From positions 832,001 to 896,000 of the forward strand of contig OZ219791.1 in the NCBI GenBank assembly GCA_964291215.2: a stretch of 64,000 nt of DNA, in the 5' to 3' direction. Shown piece by piece: positions 11,771 to 22,227 of the stretch (within the stretch, counting starts at the first letter, position 1; each line of letters starts with the position of its first letter). The translations under genes were made by a program, and so were the position numbers. The notes under the pieces are model-generated. The model did not search any database. It was not told where the DNA came from and was given only the letters and a program-made list of their open reading frames with translations. The DNA is from Alphaproteobacteria bacterium. Lineage in GTDB: Bacteria; Pseudomonadota; Alphaproteobacteria; MPNO01; UBA830.

Positions 11771-13872
11771 GTATCTCCTCACCCCTCCGCAGAGGCGGGT
11801 TTGGCGTTGTGCATCTTGATCATGTCGGCGGCGAGTGCGATCCGGATGGCGGCTGTAGCCGAGTGCGGCCATGGAGGTGAGATAGCTTGAGCTTCGGCAC
11901 CAGGCCTCGGCGTGGAGCCGGGTTCGGAAGCATCCGGACATCTTGACCTTTGCCATCCGGATTTTCTGCTCGCCGGTGTTGTTGGTGAAGCTGACGTCCG
12001 GGTGCGCCAGGCTAACTGGTGGAATGTTGCCGGGTGCAAGTCCCGGCAGGAAGAGAGGCTAACCACCACTTTCTCCGTGAACCATGCGTCGTGAGGCGTC
12101 AGGCGAAGCGTTGGGGAGCGGCAGGCGTGGGCCGGGCTATTGAGCCACGAGATGCTTTGAAACCGGAGTGCCGAGGTCGTGGCCGAAGGCAACACCCCGC
12201 GAGCCGCGTTGGTGAGGCGAGCGGGGGCTCCGCGGGGTCCGAGAACCATGGCCGAAGCAGGGACCTGGGAGGTCTTGCCCCTCTGTCGTGGAGGGGCCGC
12301 AGAGGAAAGGAACTATTCCGTAAACCGATGATGAACGAGAAGTCAGATTCGGCCATAGTACCGCTGAAGGCAGCGAACAAAGGTTCTCCGGAGCCTGCGG
12401 AGTTGCTGGAGGGAAGGGCAATGCGATTGGCCCGCGCCGCGCGCAGAAGCGGGGGTCACAGGCGGCTGAACGCAGGTAGCGAAGAGGAACCCGGAAGAGC
12501 GTCTTTACTCCACCACGTGATGTCCTGCACGACGCGTTCCATTCCTTGAGGAAGGACGCGGCGGCGGGGCGTTGTGTGGCAAGCGTACGCGGAAGGGGTG
12601 GAACTGGTTGACCTACACGACCGTGTGCACAGGGGTGCGTACCGAGCGCCTCCAGGGTCTACATTCCCAAGGAGGATGGAGGGCAACGACCGCTTGGCAT
12701 TGCCTCGCTGGAGGACAAGATTCTTCAGCGGGCAGTGTGATTCTGGTGCCGCTCTACGAAACGGAGTTCCTCGGTTTCAGCTACGGTTTCCGGCCGGGGC
12801 GCATCACGCGCTCGACGCCGTCACGGTGGAACGGCGGAAGGTCAACTGGATCGTTGACGCCGACATCCGTGGGTTCTTCGACAATCTCGACCGCGACCAT
12901 CTGATTGCGATGCTCGAGAAACGGATCGGGGGGTTATCCGGCTGATCATCAAGTGGCTGAACGCCGGCGTCATGGAAGGGACCGACTGGCAAGGGAACAC
13001 CGCAGGGGGCGATTGTATCGCCCTGCCTCGCGAACGTTTACCTGCACTACGTGCGACTGGTTCCAGAACCACTGGCGCAAGCGGATGGCTGGAGGCGACA
13101 CGATCATTATGCGGACGACTTCGTGTGCGGCTTTCAGCATCTGGGCGATGCGCAGCGCTTTCTCCGGGACCTTGGGGAGAGGCTGGCCCACTTGAACTGC
13201 ACCCGGAAAATCATCGAGTTCGGTCGGTTTGCCAGAGCGAACCGCCGGAAGCAGGGCAAGACGTTCGACTTCCTCGGCATGACGCACTTCTGCGAACAGA
13301 CGAGGAAAGGCAGGTTCAGGGTCGGTCGCAAACCGTCTCGCAAACGGGCACCCTGCGGCGGATCAAGGGGGCCTTGCGCATGCGATGGCACGACAACCGG
13401 CACGAAACGGCCAAGTGGTGAGTTATCAACGGCTGCTACTACGCCGTCCCGGGAAGCAGTCAATCCCTGCAGGGGTTCATACACCAATGCAAACGGCTGC
13501 TCATGCGTGCCCTTCGGCGACGCTCCCAAAAGGACTTCACCGGGGACATAGACACCCTTGCCACCGCCCACTGAGCCAGCATCCGCCACCCGTGGCCAAA
13601 CCAGCGCCTTGTCGTCAGGGGAGGAGCCGGATGCGAACAGCGCATGTCCGGTTCTGTGCGGGGGGACCGGGGCAACCCGGTTCCCTACCGCAATGTCGCT
13701 CATGAAGCGCAGGACGGACTCTTCGTGCCTTGCGAGACGCTCCTGGAGGTTGTGCGCGTTCGCAATCCGTCCGCGTTTTTCTTTCTGTCGGGGCGGGATT
13801 TCAGGCAGTTCCTTCGCCCCCCTCCCCGGTCAGGATGGTCCGGTATCGCTTGATGACGCTGCGACGGTCGGC
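11771..13872 (-). mobile_element. IS66-family 3' remnant (divergent variant) interrupted by a group II intron
   Basis: Right end GTATCTCCTCACCCC at 11771; KRYRTILT, LRFMSD|PDVSFTNN..EQKIRMAKVKMSGCFRT. Confidence 0.85.
12002..13694 (+). mobile_element. Group II intron with frameshifted RT/maturase
   Basis: 5' GTGCG; domain V GAGCCGGATGCG...CGCATGTCCGGTTC (~13623-13655), domain VI and terminal AAT; RT fragments FLGFSYGFRP, WIVDADIRGFFD, YADDFVCGF, FDFLG. Confidence 0.92.
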
Positions 13873-13975
13873 CTTATATGATCAGGTTTTGTCCCCGTGA
13901 TGATGCAATCATCCACAGCGGTCGGGGGCGGGAAAATGTGGATAACCTCGACTATGGGAGAGCGCCCGGTCCATG

Positions 13976-14170
13976 GTTGCAGAGAGATTCCGCTCCCTTG
14001 TGCGAGAACGTACAGGGGAGCGGGGATCAAACGATCTCCGCGGAGGTTGCCGTTTCGCCCCTGGCCTTGCAGAGTCGTTCCCGAGCGTGGTCGGCCAACC
14101 TCCTTTGGCGTCCCTTGCGTCCTGAATGGATGCTTGGGTTTGAACCGTATCATCACAAGGCGAGGAGCAA
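13976..14170 (+). ncRNA. Putative bridge RNA of IS110 copy 1 (boundaries approximate)
   Basis: 5' hairpin; GGAGGTTG..CAACCTCC stem enclosing TCCCGAG (14079-14085, complementary to target flank CTCGGGA); second loop ATGGATGCT (14126-14134) identical to element right end. Confidence 0.8.
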
Positions 14171-14174
14171 GGGA

Positions 14175-14983
14175 TGATGGTCAAGGTAGTAGCAGGGGTC
14201 AGCAAGGCCAGTCTGGACATCTGGCGCGTCGTTTTGCGAACGACGCCACGGGCGCGTGGCTTCGCAGCCTCGAGGTGACCCGTGTGGTGATGGAGGCGAC
14301 AGGTCGCTATCACCGCAGGGTTCACCAGTGTCTTCATGACCGGGGCTTCGAGGTTGTCTTGGTCAACCCGTTGCGGGCTCGGCGCTTCGCCGAGGCGATG
14401 GGCCATCTGGCCAACCGCGTTGACGCCAAGATCGGCACGGTGCGATCTCGAGCCTGTGGCCCCTCAGGAAGCCTTCCTCAAGAGCCTAGGGGATCTCCTG
14501 GTGCCGCGCTTGTCGACGCCAGGCAAGTGGCCAAATGAGGTGGATGGCGAGACCGTCACAAGGGCCTCGGCGGCCGATCTCGATGACCGCATTGCCGGCG
14601 CGGCGATCAAAGCGGTGATCGCCGGTGATCCCGAGCAGAGGTACGCCATCCTGACCTCGATCCCCGGTCCAGTGACCGCCGCAGCCCTTCTTTGTTGGAT
14701 GCCCGAACTCGGCAGTCTCGACCGTCGTCAGGCGGCAGCCTTGATCGGGGTGGCGCCGATAGCCAACGACCACGGCGCTCGGCATATCCGAGGCGGGCGC
14801 CGGAGGCCACGTGATCTCCTGTTCATGGCCGCGACCTCGGCTGCACGCTTCAACGCGGATCTGGTGTTCGAACGCCACAAGACCGCCGGCAAGGCCCACA
14901 AGGTCGCCATTGTCGCCGTGATGCGCAAGCTCTGGCGAACACCTTGCTGCGACAGCAGCGTTGCCCGAAGCACCGGTGAGTGA
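14175..14983 (+). pseudogene. IS110 DEDD recombinase, frameshifted and internally deleted
   Basis: RuvC-like and Tnp domain motifs split over frames; the first catalytic Asp and the KTD and SG motifs appear deleted. Confidence 0.88.
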
Positions 14984-15000
14984 GCGAAGGAGACCCCCTC

Positions 15001-15438
15001 ATGGCCCTCACCTCTGCCGAGAAACAGCGCCGTTATCGGGAACGCCGCAAATCTCTGCCCACGGAAAGCCTCGTCGTTCCCGTGCGCAACGCTGGCGCGA
15101 TGCGGTGGCTCGGTGCAGTGCAGGAGCACTGTCGGGACTGTCTCGACAGTCTCCCCGACGCCCTGCGCGACACGGCTTGCGGAGAACGTCTGCAGATCAT
15201 CGTCGAGGCTGACATCGCGGATCTTGAGGACATCGAACCGCCGCGCGGCTACGGACGGGACACTTGGAACCCCATTGAACATGATAACGTTACCATGCAC
15301 GGGGACGCTGGACGGCAAGGTGGCCGCGCTCACGTGACCGTGAGCAATGGACGGCAACCCGCCGCCGGGACCACAAGCTGCATGTCGCCTCACTCGCAGG
15401 ACATCGACAAGGCGGAACCCCGGACCGCCTGTGGATAA
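15001..15438 (+). CDS. Small accessory protein inside the IS110 element (possibly partly decayed)
   Basis: RBS GAAGGAG 14986-14992; MALTSAEKQRRYRERRK...DIEPPRGYGRD; deleted homologs at the same position in copies 2-4. Confidence 0.6.
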   Translation: MALTSAEKQRRYRERRKSLPTESLVVPVRNAGAMRWLGAVQEHCRDCLDSLPDALRDTACGERLQIIVEADIADLEDIEPPRGYGRDTWNPIEHDNVTMHGDAGRQGGRAHVTVSNGRQPAAGTTSCMSPHSQDIDKAEPRTACG

Positions 15439-15495
15439 CCACAGAAAAAATTACCGCGGACACCCGCAAAAACCTTGCCTGGAAACATGGATGCT

Positions 15496-15870
15496 CGGGA
15501 TGGTGCGATGCCATCATCGACCGCGCCAGCGACTTGTCCTCGTCGGCAACCGGAACCACGCCGATCTCGCCAAGACGGCACGACAGGTGCCTGTCGGGAT
15601 AATCCGGCGACGGGGCCAGGGACTCCGGGGTCACCGAGCCTCCGGCAGGCCGAGTGCGGCGGAGAACTTCGGAAGCGCGGTCGAGGCACAGTTCTCCCTT
15701 CGCGTTCCGCCAGTCCTCACGCTCGCAGAGCTCACGTGCCAGGAAGGTCCGCGTGCAATCCCCGGCGCCAAGCCGTGCCTTCAGCCAGTCAACCGTCTCG
15801 CCGCCATAATGTCGCAGGCCGATTCTCATGGAACCGTATATACGGCGTCAGTTGCTTCGAGTATACAGTG
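15496..15870 (-). mobile_element. 5' fragment of a DUF4338-IS4-type element, target of IS110 copy 1
   Basis: MRIGLRHYGGETVDWL..LARELCEREDWRNAKGELCL..MMASHHPE, homologous to the 17789 ORF start. Confidence 0.75.
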
Positions 15871-17818
15871 TTCGGTTGAAAGGATGTGGACGGCGGTGAC
15901 GGCGTCGAAGGCGAGGCACTTCTTCAGATCGTCGGCCCTGTTGAGCCGGCGGTTTTTGATCCGGGTCCCGGTCTTCAGCGTGCGGAACTAGGTCTCGATG
16001 CTCCATCGCGTCCGGTACCAGCGCAGGACGGTCGCCGCGTGCACGGCCTCCGCTTGCGCCGGGCGCTCAGCAGCAGCAGCGCCTCGTCGCCGTCATCGGT
16101 CTTGCTGGCCGAGACCGCGAACATGGACACAGGTTCCGCGTCGCCCTCGCGTTGCGGCGGCGCCACCTCGACCTGTGCCGTGCGGATCTCGAGATGGACA
16201 ACGCGCTTCTTGCGGGCGCACGGGCCGGCGGCGGCCGGGATCGTCAGCTCCGTCACCGCCACGGGCCGCCGGGCCGCGACATGCTCCCACAGGCACTCCT
16301 CGTTGCCGTTGGGCGTCCGCACGCGCTGTCTCGCCGAGCGGCTCGCCCGCACCAGCAGCGCAGCCCCGGTGTCCACGGCATGGGCGAGCAGCTCCCGGAA
16401 GTCGCCCTCGCGGTCGCAGACCGAGACCACCCGCGTGTCCGGGCAGGCCGTCGCGAGCTCTCGTGCCCGCTCGAGACCGGCGACCCGGCGCCGGCTGTCC
16501 TCCCCGGGCTCCTGCCGGAAGGCCGCGTCCATCGTGAACAGGCCCAGGGGCCGGCCCTCCGGCGTCACCGCCAGACCGGCATGGGCGAGAATGTCGACGC
16601 TCCCCTTGTCGCCCCCGCCGATCCCGTCAGGACCCTTCGTCGACCCCGGGCCGCTGTAGTCGAGTGCCGTCGTGTCCTGTATCGCAAGGACAAGAGGCCC
16701 TGTCCGACAACGCTCGACTCGACATGCGCCTCCAGAACGTGCTCCATGGAGACCCTCGGGTTCGACAACAACCGGCAGGCGGCCTTCTGCTCCGCCTTCT
16801 CCGAAAAGATGACCGGCAGGTCCTCCCCCATGTTCTCCATCCAGGCCCGGCCCATGTCAACGATGCGCCGCCGCATTCGCCCGTCGGTATGGCGCGTGCG
16901 CCCGTACTCCCGCTCCGCCCAGTCCGCGTCAGTGCCGTCATAGGCGCCCGCCAAGGCGCCGAGTGGACGTCGCTGTGTCCCGTGGAGCGCCGCCCGCCAG
17001 CCGCTCTCCAGCGCCAGGACCCGCACCGTGCGAACCTCGCCGCGGCGCCCGCTGGTCCGCCCGGCCACGGTCCAGCCGGCGCAGTGGTAGCAGTAACCGC
17101 TGTGCTCCCACCGGACGCACCGCATAACGGGCCTCCCAGTCGTCGGCGATGCGCTCCGTCGCCATGCGCAGGACCCGGGAGGCCAGCCCGTAGACCCGGA
17201 CGCCGGGAAGCAGGAGAAACCGATGATGGCAGATCACGCGCCTGATGTTGGCGGCGCGGGCGTCGGCAGACCATCCGATCCACTTGTCCCGCGCCCGCAG
17301 CTGCCAGGTCGCGGACCCGAAGCCGATCCCGCCGAGCGTGCCGTGGTGCTGCGAGCGGACCCAGTAGCGCATCTGGCCGCCGGGCGAGCGCGCCCATCCC
17401 AGCGGGTGGTGCGTCGCCATCATCGCCTCCCAGAGCCGGCGATCGTCGGTGCCGCCCACCAGTTCGAGCGAGACCGGGCCGAGATCCTGCAGCAGGCAGG
17501 CGAGCTTGGTGTCGGGCACGTCATCGGACGGGACGGCGGGCACGACGGTCGGATCGGGGGTGCTCCGCGGCGGCGGAAGCTCGAGACCCACGCGCTCGGC
17601 GAGCGCCGGCAGCACCTTCGCTGCCGCCGACAGGCACGGACGACCAAGCGCGTTGCGCCAGCCGGTGCGCTCGCAAAGCTCGCGAGCCAAATCGTGACGG
17701 GTGGCGGCGGCGGAGCGCAACGCGCCAGCGAACCAGTCAAGTGTCTGTGAATCGAAATGGCGGAGACCGACCTGCATGCCCGCAAGCATGCACGAAACGA
17801 ATTACCTATACAAATCTG
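15871..17818 (-). mobile_element. IS4-family (IS50/Tn5-like) element with N-terminal DUF4338 domain, degraded, 3'-truncated
   Basis: HHPLGWARSPGGQMRYW..RARDKWIGW..RFLLLPGVRVYGLAS; AEREYGR..DGR; VVSVCDREGDF; FRTLKTG. Confidence 0.85.
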
Positions 17819-19299
17819 GTAACTGTTCACCCCCTGGTTCCGGCTTGATGTCGGGGTAGAGTAACGAACGGGTTTACGTGGAGATTTGACATTGCAGGCC
17901 GATTCGCTTAGTGGTGGTCATCGAGAACGACGGGGACCGCCAGTGGGCTACTTTGGATCGAAGGCGACGAGCGGGCTGTGCCAGCTGCTTCCGGGGCTCC
18001 AGCCCCCGCATGATCTGTATGTGGAAACGCATCTCGGAGGCGGCGTGCTGATGAAGCGCAAGGCCGGGTGATGGCGACGGGCGGCGCGCGAGGAGTTCGA
18101 AGCGGCCAAGACCGCGGCGCTGCCGGCAAGGTGGCGGAAGAGGCCGTCATCCGCGTCTTCGTCATCCTGCTCGACATCCTCATCGTCGTCCTTCTGGAGA
18201 AGACCACGCACGAGCCGGAACTCCGGTCTGCCGCCGTCACAGACGGACAAGAGCGTGCCGGGAGCAACGGCCCGAAGCCGAACCAGCAGATGGGCGACAA
18301 CCTGCGCAAGATCATCGTCGAGGAGACGGTCGCGGCCTGCGACGCCTGCGGCGCCGACGGCCCCGTCGATCGGGAGCGCCGCACGACATCGTGTTCGAGG
18401 TCGTCGAGCGTCGACGCCGAGGAATGCCCGAAGTGCAAGGCCCGGGGCCGGTTCCCCGACAACATCCCGTGCAGTACGGCATCCAGGCCCTCGTCATCAA
18501 CCTGCTGGTCGCCCAGATGCTGTCCCTGCGCCGTGCCGTTGCGTTCGTGCAGGCGATCTCTGGCATCAAGCTCTCCGAGGCCTCGGCTATGCTTTCACGA
18601 TGTGTCATGGGAGGAAGCCGCCGTGGCGCACCTCCTGCAACGCCCGATGTCGATGATTTCGGATCAACAGTAAGTGGCTCCATGTCGTGGGGCCCTGACG
18701 TGCAAGTTCCCGCACCGCAAGCGCGGGCAAGAGATCGGCCCGTGCTACAAGGGCGTCCTGGGCCTCGTATATGGCAGTGTAGCCACCAGCTGTGCGGTAG
18801 CCACCAGCTGCGCGAACTGACCTTTGTCGTCGAGGCTACCGCGCGACTGATGAAGGGCCTGCTCCGCGAGGTCTGCCACAAGGTCAACAAGAGCGCATCC
18901 AAGACCCTGAACGACGCCGGGCGCAAGCGCTACCGCACCATCAGGGCGCCAAGGAACTGCCCGACATCCCGACGAAAGGAAAACGTGGACGCAAGTCCGA
19001 CGCGCACAACCTGCACGAACGTCTCGTGAAACACGAAAACCTGCGCTTCATAGACAACCCCGACGTCAGCTTCACCAACAATGCCGGAGAACAGAAGATC
19101 AGGATGGCAAAGGTCAAGGTGTCCGGATGCTTCCGCTCCACGCAAAAGCATGGTGCCGGGGCTCAAGCTACCTCACCTCCATGGCCGCACTCGGCTACAA
19201 CCCACTCGTCGCCACCCAGATCGCCCTCGACGGAAAAGCCGCAGACATCATCAACGAGCACTATGGCCAATCAGAACCCAACAAGGGGTTAGTAGATAC
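17819..19299 (+). mobile_element. IS66-family MTase-bearing element, deleted derivative
   Basis: TIRs GTAACTGTTCACCCC / GGGGTTAGTAGATAC; 8-bp TSD CAAATCTG. Confidence 0.93.
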
Positions 19300-19319
19300 C
19301 AAATCTGATACTTTGAAAG

Positions 19320-20060
19320 GGTCCTGACCCGCGGAGCCCCGGGGCTGTTTGCCCGGCTGCGCGCCTGCCGGGGCACCCTGCAGATCGACATTCCCCGCCT
19401 GACGTCCCGGCCGAAGTCCTCGGGGCGGAAGAAGCAGCCCGGCCGCACGCTGCGCCGGAACGCGGTACTCGAATTGCGCTGGTCACGCTGCCGGCGACTG
19501 CCAACTACCCCGATGCCGCGCCCGTGACCGCGCTGCATCTCCTCGAGACGGACCCGCCGACCGGGGAGTTCCCGGTGGAATGGTTCCTGCTGACCGACCT
19601 TCCGGTGGACCACGCGGCGCGGGAGACCGTCGGCTGGTATGCGCTGCGCTGGCGGATGCTGGTTCCGGGTGCTGAAGTCCGGTTGCCGGGCGGAACACCT
19701 GGCGACGCGCAAGGCCTGCCGGCTGGAACGGCAGATCACGATCCACGCCGTGATCGCCTGGCGTCTTTTCGGGCGGGACGTTCCGACGATCGAGCCCGAC
19801 TGCCTGTTCTCTGACCTGGAACTCCGCTTCCTCTCCGACTATGCCCGCCGATACCGGCTGGACCCACACTCGGGGCGGCGGTGACACTGGTGGCGATCCT
19901 CGGCGGATATCTGAACCGCAAGCATGATCCGCTACCGGGCGACCAGACGATGTGGCTATCCGCGACTGGCCACCGCCACGCTGGCCTATGAATGCCTGCT
20001 TGAGGCTCTCGGCCTGGATCCGACATCGGAAGGATACAATCAAGCTCTGCGCAATTTATG
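19320..20060 (+). pseudogene. IS4-family transposase C-terminal remnant
   Basis: PVEWFLLTDLP, WYALRWR, FRVLKSGCRAE, LGGYLNRKHDPLPG. Confidence 0.8.
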
Positions 20061-21261
20061 CCCTCGTTCCATAGTGAAGTGCAACACATGATGGGTTGTG
20101 GTCATGTGTTTTTAGACGCATGATGTTGCGGAGCGGTAGCGGCGAGAGTTTCTGTGCAAGATGAAGGGAGCTTGTTCATGTCCAAAGGCTACCGTCACCT
20201 ACGAAGAGCGATGCCAGATTGAGGCGTTACAGAAAAGGGGTCTTTCACAAGGTGCGATTGCTCGGCAGCTGGGCCGATCAACAATTTTCCGGGAGATCAA
20301 GCGCAACACCGGGGGACGGGGTTACCGTCACAAGCAGGCGCAAAGGATGGCAGAAACGCGCCGCAGGGCCGCCTCGTCTGTTTCCTGGCGGTTGACGCCT
20401 CGGGTTGAGGCTCAGAAAAAGCTGCGGGAGGGCCCCGAGCAGCGGCCGTTTTCGACTGGAGGGCCGTGGGTCGGCAACGGATCCATGATCGCCGAAGATC
20501 GGAGAGCCGGGGGCGTCTTGTGGAAGAAGCTTCGGCGGCGCGGCAAGAAGCCGAACTGGAAGGGTGGATGCCATTCCGGCCGGGTGGACATTTCCGAGCG
20601 CCCTGCGGAGGCAAAGGAACGGGTTGGCGACCGGGAGCCATCATCGGCAAAGCTCACAGTGGAGCTGTCGTGTCGATCGTGCCACGAAATACGCCTTGCT
20701 GGGTGGACAGAAAGACACGGTTGGTATGATCCGCCTGCTCGGCTCTGGTGCGCTATTGGTCCACACAATCACAACGGCAAGGAGTTCGCAGACCACAGGC
20801 GTGTCGCTGAAGCATTTGACGCAGATTTCTTCTTCGCCTTTCCATTCTTGAGAGCGCGGCTTGAATGAGCACACCAACGGCCTGGTGCGGGAGTACTTCC
20901 CGAAGGGCACGGACTTTCGCGCGACATGCAACGAAGATGTTCAGAAGGTGCAGGATCGGCTCAACACTCGGAAAGTCCCGGGATCGCCGACGGAGGTAAT
21001 CTTGAAGTGAAACCGCCCTGACCATCTGCGTTCCGAAGCCGCAACGTGCAGCAGGGTCCATGCCGCGCGACGGCGAAATAGTGGCTTGAAGCCGACAAAG
21101 GCGTTGCATAAGCTTGATGTTGAAGGAACTGAAGCTGTTCCTAGGCGGAATCGAGAGTGGCAGAGGGGGAAAATTTGTGCAACATCCGGCCCTCATCGCA
21201 GTGAGGGCGTAGCCCGAACGGAGATGAGGGCCGGATGTTGCACTTCAGACTGGAAGTGGGG
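20061..21261 (+). mobile_element. IS30-family element, degraded (copy 1)
   Basis: TIR cores TGAAGTGCAACA / TGTTGCACTTCA; ERCQIEAL..IARQLGRSTIFREIKRN, NGKEFA, NEHTNGLVREYFPKGTDF. Confidence 0.9.
21177..21243. repeat. 21-bp perfect inverted repeat with 25-nt loop at IS30 right end
   Basis: GTGCAACATCCGGCCCTCATC-N25-GATGAGGGCCGGATGTTGCAC. Confidence 0.9.
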
Positions 21262-21395
21262 ATATATAAAAGCTGACGGTGCTTTCGCTACGCGTGGTGT
21301 CGGACGGAGCGACGTTCTTCGAGGGTGTCGACCCGAGATGGCGGATCGCGCTTGGGAGGACTTCATGACCGAGATCGGGACATAAGGGCCGGACG

Positions 21396-22181
21396 ATGCG
21401 CATTGGGGTGATCGGATATGGTTTTATCGGGCGCTCCATCGTGGAACGGATCGATGGCAGCGGCGGGCTGTTCGAGACTGCCTTCGTCTACAATCGAAGC
21501 GCCGATGCCCTGGTCGGGCTAGATCCCGCGCTCCGGCTCGACGACCTTGGCGGAGCGCGCGAACATCGTCCCTCGCTGATCCTTGAATGCGCCCATCCGT
21601 CCTTTACCGCCCGCTTCGGTGCGGAATTTCTGGAATTCGCCGACTACATGCCACTCTCGGTCACAGCGCTCGCCGATGACGGGCTCAGGACCCGGCTTGA
21701 AGAAGCGGCGAACGCGCATGGCACGCGGTTGTTCGTACCGAGCGGCGCACTCCTCGGCGGAGACGAGCTGTTGTCGCGGTCCGGGCAGTGGCAACGGGTT
21801 AGGATTACCTTCCGTAAGCACCCCGACAATATCGACTTCGCCGACAGCGGCGTGGATCCGGCGACGATCGACGGCGAGACGGTGATCTACGAGGGCTCGG
21901 TCCGCGGTGTCGCGCGACTTTACCCGCGCAATGTCAACACCATGGTGACTTGTGCGCTGGTTGCGACCGGCCTCGATGAATGCGAGGCGCGCCTGGTTTG
22001 TGATCCCGGGCTCGATTGCGCGGTAGCCGAGGTCGAGGCCTGGGACCACCAGGGCGGTATGTTCCGCACCGAGAAACGCCAGCCCGCCGTCGGCGTCTCC
22101 GGCACCGAAATGGTGCATTCCATCTGGTATTCCATCTTGCGCATGAGCGGCAGCCGGAGTCATGCGATAGAGTTGGTGTAA
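21396..22181 (+). CDS. Aspartate dehydrogenase-like (NadX/DUF108) oxidoreductase
   Basis: GYGFIG Rossmann motif, ECAHP, PSGALLG, FRKHP, YPRNVN. Confidence 0.8.
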   Translation: MRIGVIGYGFIGRSIVERIDGSGGLFETAFVYNRSADALVGLDPALRLDDLGGAREHRPSLILECAHPSFTARFGAEFLEFADYMPLSVTALADDGLRTRLEEAANAHGTRLFVPSGALLGGDELLSRSGQWQRVRITFRKHPDNIDFADSGVDPATIDGETVIYEGSVRGVARLYPRNVNTMVTCALVATGLDECEARLVCDPGLDCAVAEVEAWDHQGGMFRTEKRQPAVGVSGTEMVHSIWYSILRMSGSRSHAIELV

Positions 22182-22227
22182 CGGTATGCTTGGAGTCGAA
22201 AAATCGAAACCGATAATGGAGGATATT

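Larger units (their letters stand above)
13873..15495 (+). mobile_element. IS110-family element copy 1: bridge-RNA region + recombinase pseudogene + accessory ORF
   Basis: No TIRs; CT core at both junctions; VVMEATGRY, LVNPLRARRFA, LTSIPG, GVAP, KVAIVAVMRKL motifs. Confidence 0.9.

Noticed and set aside
12420-13615. RT as retron or diversity-generating retroelement
   Set aside because: It lies within canonical group II intron ends (GTGCG, domain V, domain VI, AAT); no TR/VR pair seen.
14089-14096. GGTCGGCC match to the IS110 copy 1 left flank as a guide
   Set aside because: It is part of the stem pairing with GGAGGTTGCCG and is essentially unchanged in copies with a different target.
16938-17789. 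Druantia defence system
   Set aside because: The DUF4338 domain is attached to transposase remnants; no DruE helicase or other dru genes in the window.
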